Origin: Dehalococcoidia bacterium
GTDB taxonomy: Bacteria > Chloroflexota > Dehalococcoidia > E44-bin15 > DAOWNJ01
Reading direction: 5' to 3'
Assembly: GCA_030642645.1 (NCBI GenBank)
Contig: DAOWNJ010000001.1
Coordinates: 1 to 34,995 of the forward strand
Length of the DNA: 34,995 bases
The notes below the pieces were generated by a model. It saw only the letters and a list, made by a program, of their open reading frames with translations. It was not told the DNA's origin and searched no databases. Shown here one piece after another: positions 25,171 through 31,186 of this stretch. The translations under genes and the position numbers were made by a program. Within the stretch, counting starts at the first letter, position 1. Each line of letters begins with the position of its first letter.

Positions 25171-25370
25171 TCACCCTTTTCTTAGTCTTGGTGGTGTTAG
25201 CTTTCTTCCATCTCTTGCCGACTTAAATGTAACCCTATTCCTGCCCACTTTAGCAACAACTGGTGTAGCGCCTGCTTTAGTCGATCCAGCCTTTAGTCTG
25301 CCTAACTCCTTCGCACTGAGATCTTTAGGCTGATCTCTTTTTCACGCCCATACTTATACTGATTTGCCAT
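25171..25370 (-). CDS. Small basic ORF between nrdR and nrdJ; complete only if one A is added to an A5 run
   Basis: AAGGAG lies 7 nt before ATG 25370. As written the ORF stops after 22 codons (25302). With A6 instead of A5 (plus-strand T5 25338-25342) it reads MANQYKYGREKRDQPKDLSAKELGRLKAGSTKAGATPVVAKVGRNRVTFKSARDGRKLTPPRLRKG*, ending at TGA 25171-25173 inside the nrdJ SD. Confidence 0.35.
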
Positions 25371-25422
25371 TGTCAGTCTCCTTACAATAACTACTTAAAG
25401 CACCTCCGCCTGCCAAGGGTAT

Positions 25423-25920
25423 CTACCCCTTCTCAGAGAACAGGGGAAGCTGGCTTTTTAAGTCGGATACGAGCTTGTGCTGAGCAAAGGTGTCAGCCTC
25501 CCGCTTCAATTCCTCCACATCGGCGAATGCCCGATAGACGCTTGCGAAGCGGACATAGGCGACGCCATCGAGACGGCGAAGCCTCTCCATCACCATATCC
25601 CCGATAACCCGGGAGGGTACCTCGGCTCTGCCCAGCCTATGTAACTCAGACTCGATCTCATCAACCATCTGTTCAATAGCCTCACTTGATACCGGGCGTT
25701 TGGCACAGGCCTTTCGAATGCCCGAGGTCAGCTTCTCACGGCTGAAATCCTCCCTTCGCCCATCCTTTTTGATGACAAGAAGGCTTCCTTCCTGTATCCA
25801 CTCATAGGTGGTGAATCTTGAGCCGCAGCCAAGGCACTGACGGCGACGGCGCACACTCTCATTCACATTTCGGGAGTCAATTACCCTTGAATTCTCACAG
25901 CCGCAAAATGGACACCGCAT
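25423..25920 (-). CDS. nrdR: Transcriptional repressor NrdR
   Basis: MRCPFCG....VIDSR......RRRR.C..C..RFTTYE (Zn ribbon) followed by an ATP-cone (..KKDGRREDFSREKL..). Confidence 0.95.
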   Translation of the reverse strand: MRCPFCGCENSRVIDSRNVNESVRRRRQCLGCGSRFTTYEWIQEGSLLVIKKDGRREDFSREKLTSGIRKACAKRPVSSEAIEQMVDEIESELHRLGRAEVPSRVIGDMVMERLRRLDGVAYVRFASVYRAFADVEELKREADTFAQHKLVSDLKSQLPLFSEKG

Positions 25921-25928
25921 CTTCAGGA

Positions 25929-25976
25929 AATCCTATATATAGTGACAATATGCCTTATACCACAATATATAGGATT
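25929..25976 (-). promoter_or_regulatory. Two NrdR-box-like operators (inverted 16-mers, centres 32 bp apart)
   Basis: AATCCTATATATAGTG (25929-25944) and CACAATATATAGGATT (25961-25976) are 15/16 reverse complements. Each contains the CAC[TA]ATATATAG core of the NrdR box consensus (acaCwAtATaTwGtgt). Confidence 0.6.
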
Positions 25977-25982
25977 TGTCAA
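25954..25982 (-). promoter_or_regulatory. nrdR promoter candidate
   Basis: On the minus strand: TTGACA (25982-25977), a 17-nt spacer that is exactly one NrdR box, and TATAAG (25959-25954). The second box covers the predicted start site. Confidence 0.55.
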
Positions 25983-25988
25983 GGTAGC

Positions 25989-26026
25989 AAAAAAGCCCAT
26001 AGGGGCTAATAACTCCTATGGGCTTT
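25989..26026 (-). terminator. Intrinsic terminator after ftsZ
   Basis: On the minus strand: AAAGCCCAUAGG, an 11-nt loop, CCUAUGGGCUUU, then UUUG. It lies 23 nt downstream of the ftsZ TGA. Confidence 0.7.
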
Positions 26027-26048
26027 CGTCCAATGCCTCTACTTTAGC

Positions 26049-27161
26049 TCAGCGACGCGGCACCCCGGATGTCTTTGTGGGGGGGGTAACCACCTGCTGC
26101 CTCCAGACAGGAGCAGGACGGCGCATGAAGGCAGGGACATCAAGCTTATCCTCGTCCTCGAGCCCCTTCATGAGCTTGCGCAGCTCCTCATCCATTGCTG
26201 GCCGACTCGTCCTAGAGGCGAAACCGGTAGCGATGAGGGTGATCCTCACATCGTTATCCATCTCCGGGTCGAAGACCACACCGAAGATGATATTGGCCTC
26301 GGGGTCAACTGCCTGGCTTATTACCGCGGCCGCCTCATTGACCTCATGGAGGGTGAGGCCAGGCCCACCGGTAACATTAAACAGCACCCCCTTTGACCCC
26401 TCGATGGAGACATCCAGGAGGGGGCTGGCGATGGCCGCCTTGGCGGCATCGACGGCTCGATTCTGACCAGTTCCCCTTCCTATAGACATCCAGGCTGGAC
26501 CAGCCTTGCTCATTACCGCCTTGACATCGGCGAAGTCGAGGTTTATCTCGCCGGGGACGGTGATCAGCTCGGCTATGGACTGGACCCCCTGCTGGAGAAC
26601 CTCATCAGCCAGCTTGAATGCCGTCTGCATTTGCACCTTTTCGTCACAGATAGAGAGCAGGCGGTCATTGGGGATGGTGATCAGGGTATCGACCGAATCG
26701 ACTAACTTGGTGACACCCTCATCGGCCACCTGGAAGCGCCTTGCCCCCTCGAAGCTGAATGGTTTTGTTACCACTGCAATGGTGAGGGCCCCACCCTCCT
26801 TGGCGATGTCGGCGATCACTGGGGCGGCCCCTGTCCCGGTTCCACCCCCCATTCCTGCGGTGATAAAGACCATGTCAGATCCGACAATTATCTCCTGGAG
26901 TTCGCCTCTCGACTCCTCTGCTGCCCTGAGCCCCATGTCGTGGTCGCCGCCAACACCGAGGCCCTTTGTCAGCTTATCCCCGATTCGGATAAGGGTCGGG
27001 GCCTCACACCTGAGGAGGGCCTGAGCATCGGTGTTGACCCCAACGAAATCAACCCCGATTATCCCTTCACGCACCATGCGGCTTATCGCATTGCAGCCTC
27101 CTCCCCCGAGGCCGATGACCTTAATCCTTGCAGGGCTGGGGGCATAATCAGCTCTAGCCAT
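26049..27161 (-). CDS. ftsZ: Cell division protein FtsZ
   Basis: IKVIGLGGGGCNAI, GGGTGTGAAPVIA, NLDFADV. ATG 27161 is chosen (AGGAGG upstream). The longer listed ORF overlaps ftsA. Confidence 0.95.
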   Translation of the reverse strand: MARADYAPSPARIKVIGLGGGGCNAISRMVREGIIGVDFVGVNTDAQALLRCEAPTLIRIGDKLTKGLGVGGDHDMGLRAAEESRGELQEIIVGSDMVFITAGMGGGTGTGAAPVIADIAKEGGALTIAVVTKPFSFEGARRFQVADEGVTKLVDSVDTLITIPNDRLLSICDEKVQMQTAFKLADEVLQQGVQSIAELITVPGEINLDFADVKAVMSKAGPAWMSIGRGTGQNRAVDAAKAAIASPLLDVSIEGSKGVLFNVTGGPGLTLHEVNEAAAVISQAVDPEANIIFGVVFDPEMDNDVRITLIATGFASRTSRPAMDEELRKLMKGLEDEDKLDVPAFMRRPAPVWRQQVVTPPTKTSGVPRR

Positions 27162-27184
27162 TTCTTCCTCCTTTCTAAAGCTCC

Positions 27185-28417
27185 TTAATGGGGTAAAAGT
27201 CTCCTTATGCGGAATAACAAACGATTGAGGGACCTGCCTATCGTCCTCCAGTATCCCTGGGATGGCAAGCCCTCTCCAATTGTATGGTTTGCAGCCCAGC
27301 ACAGTAGCCCCACGCTTGTGGCATAGGCCGGATCGTGGAGCACATCGGTGAGGCCAAACATACCCCTTGGCATCCCCACCCTGACCGGGAGCCTCAACAC
27401 ATCACGGGCCAGCATCTCTATCCCTGGCAGGTTAGAGGACCCGCCGGTAAGCACCAGGCCCTCGGGAACCAGGTGTAGGTATTCCCCAGGGGGAAGCTCG
27501 AGGAGGATCATCCTGAGTATCTCCTCCATCCTCACCTCGATGATCTGGCAAAGCTCCTTATAGGCGAAGCTGAAGCCGTCCTCAGAGCTTACGGTAGCAG
27601 CGTCGAAATTGCCATTGGCAACTGGCATCACCTTGCCATACTTCTTCTTCATCTCCTCCGCCACCTCGAAGGGAAGACCAAGACCTATGGATATATCCCT
27701 GGTCACCTGGTAGCCAGCCACAGGGAGGATGGCGGTGTGACAGATGCTTCCATCCTTGAATATTGCTATATCCGTGGTGCCTCCCCCGATATCGGCGAGG
27801 ATGACCCCTGCATCCCTCTCATCAGGGGTGAGGACTGTCTCCGCACTGGCAAGGGGCTCAAGGACGAGGTCCTCGATCTCAACCCCGATGCCCCTGATGC
27901 ACTTGACCAGGTTCTTTATCGAGGCTACAGCGGCGGTGATGATATGAGTCTCAACATCAAGCCTGAAGCCGTGCATCCCCACTGGGTTCTTCACCCCGCT
28001 CTGGCCATCAAGGGCATAGCCTCTGGGGATAACATGCAACATCTCCCGATCATTGGGAATCTCGATGCTCCTGGCGCTATCCAGAACTCGCGCAATGTCC
28101 TGAGGGGTGACCAGCCGGTCGCTGCGATTGGTTGATACCACGCCTCGGTTGTTCATGGAGGTGACGTGCCTTCCGGTAACCCCAACATATGCCGAGCCTA
28201 TCTTTACCCCGCTGGCACGCTCCGCCTTCCTCACTGACTCCTTGATTGACTCCTTTGCCTCATCGATGTTGACTACAAGACCCTTTTTGAGCCCCCTTGA
28301 CGGGGCGATGCCAAACCCGATTACCCTGATATCTGGCCCATCGCCAATATTGGCCTGTATAGTGCAAATCTTAGTAGTGCCCACATCGATGGAAGTAAAT
28401 GTACCCTTTTTCGCCAT
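27185..28417 (-). CDS. ftsA: Cell division protein FtsA
   Basis: Actin-fold motifs SIDVGTTK, ILADIGGGTTDIAIF and LTGGSSNLPG. AAAGGAGG lies 6 nt before the ATG. Confidence 0.93.
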   Translation of the reverse strand: MAKKGTFTSIDVGTTKICTIQANIGDGPDIRVIGFGIAPSRGLKKGLVVNIDEAKESIKESVRKAERASGVKIGSAYVGVTGRHVTSMNNRGVVSTNRSDRLVTPQDIARVLDSARSIEIPNDREMLHVIPRGYALDGQSGVKNPVGMHGFRLDVETHIITAAVASIKNLVKCIRGIGVEIEDLVLEPLASAETVLTPDERDAGVILADIGGGTTDIAIFKDGSICHTAILPVAGYQVTRDISIGLGLPFEVAEEMKKKYGKVMPVANGNFDAATVSSEDGFSFAYKELCQIIEVRMEEILRMILLELPPGEYLHLVPEGLVLTGGSSNLPGIEMLARDVLRLPVRVGMPRGMFGLTDVLHDPAYATSVGLLCWAANHTIGEGLPSQGYWRTIGRSLNRLLFRIRRLLPH

Positions 28418-28500
28418 TGACTGCCTCCTTTGGCTGATTTTTACTCCCGTGATGTCGATATTTCCTACATCTCAATAACCTCCCTTGTGATCGGCGGATT

Positions 28501-28686
28501 TCATATTAAACGGGCAGTGTCGTGGTTGCTGGGCTGCAATGTGAGGGGCTCAACGAAGAAACTTTTTGGGGTAATTTCTGCCAGCGGAGAAGGATCAGCC
28601 ACGGTGGAGCGGGGGCTCCCCTTTTCTTTGAGTTCTGCCAGCGAGAGAGGGTAACGGCAACCCAGTTCCACGACACTGCCCGACAT
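28501..28686 (-). CDS. 61-codon ORF in the ftsL position of the dcw cluster (no TM segment, unknown function)
   Basis: GGAGG lies 4 nt before the ATG, immediately after the rsmH TAG. The product MSGSVVELGCRYPLSLAELKEKGSPRSTVADPSPLAEITPKSFFVEPLTLQPSNHDTARLI has no recognisable motif and is not hydrophobic. The whole ORF is enclosed by a long RNA stem. Confidence 0.4.
   Translation of the reverse strand: MSGSVVELGCRYPLSLAELKEKGSPRSTVADPSPLAEITPKSFFVEPLTLQPSNHDTARLI
28511..28682 (-). other. Long-range inverted repeat / RNA stem (15 + 9 bp) enclosing 119 nt
   Basis: 28668-28682 is the exact reverse complement of 28511-28525. 28657-28665 pairs with 28529-28537 apart from one position, which is G.U in the minus-strand RNA and C/A in the plus-strand RNA. 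Confidence 0.6.
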
Positions 28687-28694
28687 TTAACCTC

Positions 28695-29591
28695 CTATAT
28701 TCTTTCTGTAACCCTCATCTTGGCGCTTCGGCTTCTCGGGTTTGAGCGAACCTCAGCCAGTGATGGGGTTATCACCTTCTTGTTAATCACCTTAAGGGTT
28801 GGGGTATAGCCGGATGATTCCCGGCGCAGGAACTCCTTTACCATGCGGTCATCAAGGGAATGATAGCTTATTACCACCAGGCGGCCGCCAGGGTTGAGGA
28901 CACGAGCCACCTGGTTGAGGGCGCACTCGAGGTGCTCAAGCTCCTGATTCACCGCAACCCTGAGGGCCTGGAAGGTTCTGGTGGATGGATGAATCCTCTC
29001 CCTCCTCCCCCCCACCACCCTCTCCACAACCCTTGCAAGCTCAGTGGTGGTGGAGACAGGACGACTGTTGACGATGTAGCTTGCTATCCTTCTGCTTCTA
29101 GGCTCCTCTCCATACCTCCTGATGAGGTTAGCCAGTTCCTCTTCGGACATATTGTTGACGATCTCATATGCGGTGAGTTCCTGAGTGGGGCTGAATCTCA
29201 TATCAAGTGGGGATTCAAGCTGGAAGCTGAAGCCACGGCTCTCATCCTCAAGCTGCATTGATGACATCCCAAGGTCGAAGAGGACGCCATCTACGGTGAG
29301 GAAGCCGCACTTGGAGCAGATATACTCCAGTTGGTCAAAGTTCTCATTCACCAGTATGGCTGCTGCTCCGTAGGGCCTGAGAGTCTCCCGGGCTATCTCT
29401 ATGGCCCCTGGGTCGGCATCGATCCCCAGTAGCTTGCCGCCAGGTGAGCTTCTCCCCAATATCAAAGCAGCATGCCCCCCTCCACCGACGGTCGAGTCTA
29501 TATAATGCCCCCCGGGCCTGACCCGGAGATTCTCGATGGTCTCCTCGAGGAGGACAGGGATATGAGTTGATGCTTTCATAGTTAGAGTCAT
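28695..29591 (-). CDS. rsmH: 16S rRNA (cytosine1402-N4)-methyltransferase
   Basis: HIPVLLEE....L.....YID.T.GGGGHA, ..DLGMSS.QL.., ..FQALR..VN.E. ATG 29591 overlaps the mraZ TGA by 1 nt (TGATG). ATG 29579 is an alternative. Confidence 0.93.
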   Translation of the reverse strand: MTLTMKASTHIPVLLEETIENLRVRPGGHYIDSTVGGGGHAALILGRSSPGGKLLGIDADPGAIEIARETLRPYGAAAILVNENFDQLEYICSKCGFLTVDGVLFDLGMSSMQLEDESRGFSFQLESPLDMRFSPTQELTAYEIVNNMSEEELANLIRRYGEEPRSRRIASYIVNSRPVSTTTELARVVERVVGGRRERIHPSTRTFQALRVAVNQELEHLECALNQVARVLNPGGRLVVISYHSLDDRMVKEFLRRESSGYTPTLKVINKKVITPSLAEVRSNPRSRSAKMRVTERI

Positions 29592-30016
29592 CAGTGAGTC
29601 TCGGTGCTCTCGGATATCTGCCATGCCTGCTCGGTCATGAGGGCCTCTTCCTGCTCCCAGTTCTCCTTGCTCCAGAGCTCTATCAAGGTATTTGTCCCAG
29701 CGATGATCACCACATCGGTTATCTCGGCGTACTGTCGTAGTGGCAAAGGCAGGGCAACCCTCCCCATGCGGTCAAGCTCAACATCGAAAGCGGTTGAAAA
29801 CATTGCCCGGTTCATCCTTCTCGCCTTGCTACGGGTTGTGGGAAGAGCGGCAAGGCTTTCGCTTATCCTCCTCCACTCAGGAAGTGAATAGGCGGCAATA
29901 CACCTCTCAAGGCCCTGAGCTAGGACAAACCCTCCTTGAAGCTCTTCCCTGAACTTTGGGGGGATGGCTACCCTGCCCTTCTCATCTATGTGATACTCGT
30001 ACTTTCCGAGGAACAT
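29591..30016 (-). CDS. mraZ: Transcriptional regulator MraZ
   Basis: [23 protein letters not shown].. and a second ..DRMGRVALP.. SpoVT/AbrB-like repeat. ATG 30016 is chosen because the listed GTG 30034 lies inside the predicted -10. Confidence 0.9.
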   Translation of the reverse strand: MFLGKYEYHIDEKGRVAIPPKFREELQGGFVLAQGLERCIAAYSLPEWRRISESLAALPTTRSKARRMNRAMFSTAFDVELDRMGRVALPLPLRQYAEITDVVIIAGTNTLIELWSKENWEQEEALMTEQAWQISESTETH

Positions 30017-30019
30017 ACC

Positions 30020-30055
30020 CCCACCCTGACCCACTTTTTACCACAATTCACCACG
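30020..30055 (-). promoter_or_regulatory. Four GTGG[GT] direct repeats at exact 10-bp spacing (MraZ-box-like operator)
   Basis: On the minus strand: GTGGT-gaatt-GTGGT-aaaaa-GTGGG-tcagg-GTGGG, ending 4 nt before the mraZ ATG. On the plus strand, CCAC occurs at 30021, 30031, 30041 and 30051. Confidence 0.55.
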
Positions 30056-30063
30056 CCTGTCAA
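30035..30063 (-). promoter_or_regulatory. mraZ (dcw) promoter candidate
   Basis: On the minus strand: TTGACA (30063-30058), a 17-nt spacer and TGgTAAAAA (extended -10, 30040-30035). It overlaps the repeat array. Confidence 0.5.
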
Positions 30064-30134
30064 GACCCATTCGGGGCTTTTTTAGAAAATTGGCCCACTT
30101 CCAAACAAGATAACTTTCTGGTATGATATATCTG

Positions 30135-30821
30135 ATGCATATCCATATCCTTACCCTTTTCCCTGGAATGTTTTTGGGACCGCTGGATGAGAGCATTGTG
30201 GGGCGTGTCATCGAGCGGGGACTGGTCAATATCTCAATCCATAATATCAGGGACTATGCCGCCGACAGGCACCATGTGGTTGATGATTACCCCTATGGTG
30301 GTGGTGCAGGGATGGTGCTGAAACCGAAGCCGCTCTTTGAGGCGGTGGAGACCATAGAGAAAGGGGAAGGCAGGGAACTCCCCGTCACCCTTCTTACCCC
30401 GCAGGGTCGACTTTTCACCCAGAGGGTTGCTCATGAGCTTGCAGGGCGGGATGGGTTCATCCTCATCTGCGGTCACTATGAGGGGGTTGATGAGAGGGTG
30501 AGGGAACACCTGGCAACAGATGAGATAAGCATTGGGGACTATATACTCACTGGGGGGGAGCTTGCGGCGATGGTTATTGTCGATTCGGTGGTGAGGCTTA
30601 TCCCGGGGGTTCTGGGGTCAGAGGAGTCGTGGATGGATGACACCCACTCAAACGGGCTTCTGGAGTATCCACAGTATACCCGCCCCAGGGTATATCGAGG
30701 TTGGTCTGTTCCTGAGGTCCTGCTATCGGGGAATCACGCCGAGATCGCCAAGTGGAGGGGAGAGCAATCACTTCTTCGCACCATAAGCAGGCGCCCAGAC
30801 CTTCTGGAAAGGGATAGATGA
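30135..30821 (+). CDS. trmD: tRNA (guanine37-N1)-methyltransferase
   Basis: [13 protein letters not shown]..., ..[15 protein letters not shown].., ..[13 protein letters not shown].., ..[11 protein letters not shown]... The in-frame ATG at 30123 is an alternative start. Confidence 0.92.
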   Translation: MHIHILTLFPGMFLGPLDESIVGRVIERGLVNISIHNIRDYAADRHHVVDDYPYGGGAGMVLKPKPLFEAVETIEKGEGRELPVTLLTPQGRLFTQRVAHELAGRDGFILICGHYEGVDERVREHLATDEISIGDYILTGGELAAMVIVDSVVRLIPGVLGSEESWMDDTHSNGLLEYPQYTRPRVYRGWSVPEVLLSGNHAEIAKWRGEQSLLRTISRRPDLLERDR

Positions 30822-31162
30822 TGTCAAATATAGATGTTGGAGCATTGTTTGGGCCAAACCCCGATATCGCTGATTTCAGCCCCGGCGACACCGTTAGGGT
30901 CAGCTACAAGGTTGTGGAGGGGGGGAAGGAGCGCATCCAGCCGTTTCAGGGGGTGGTGATTCGTGTAAAGAGGGGTGGGGCTGGTGCCAACTTTACTGTC
31001 AGGCGAGTCGCCTATGGCGTCGGGGTGGAGAAGACCTTCCTCTTCCATTCCCCTCGTTTGGAGAAGGTGGAGGTATTGAGGAGGGGACGGGTTAGAAGGG
31101 CGAGGCTCTACTACCTTCGTGGTCTCACTGGCAAGGCAGCCCGCGTCAAGGAGAAGAGATAG
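30818..31162 (+). CDS. rplS: 50S ribosomal protein L19
   Basis: ..[24 protein letters not shown]......G....FTVRR...GVGVE.TF..HSP....V.V.RRG.VRRA.LYYLR... ATG overlaps the trmD TGA (ATGATG). Confidence 0.95.
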   Translation: MMSNIDVGALFGPNPDIADFSPGDTVRVSYKVVEGGKERIQPFQGVVIRVKRGGAGANFTVRRVAYGVGVEKTFLFHSPRLEKVEVLRRGRVRRARLYYLRGLTGKAARVKEKR

Positions 31163-31186
31163 GGCGATAGCCCTCCCTTCGGGGGT

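Noticed and set aside
3398-27302. N-terminally extended versions of listed ORFs: 3398..4147, 14684..15478, 16316..17203, 17801..19435, 19390..20667 and 26049..27302.
   Set aside because: Each extension overlaps the neighbouring gene or an intergenic hairpin. Each is followed by an internal ATG that has a good SD and gives the normal family N-terminus. The shorter starts were used.
28511-28682. The rsmH-ftsA inverted repeat as the terminal inverted repeats of a MITE.
   Set aside because: This is kept only as a minor alternative. No target-site duplication flanks the arms, and no second copy is visible in the window. The single imperfect position is G.U only in the transcribed strand, which points to RNA-level selection. 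A genome-wide copy search is still needed.
30017-30134. The strand switch between the minus-strand block and the plus-strand block as a replication origin.
   Set aside because: The divergent gap is only about 100 bp. It contains no DnaA-box clusters (TTATCCACA) and no AT-rich unwinding element, and it is fully accounted for by the mraZ promoter and operator. No dnaA or dnaN is nearby.
30038-30229. The listed 63-aa minus-strand ORF overlapping the mraZ promoter and the trmD start.
   Set aside because: It overlaps trmD coding sequence antisense. It has no SD and no recognisable motif.
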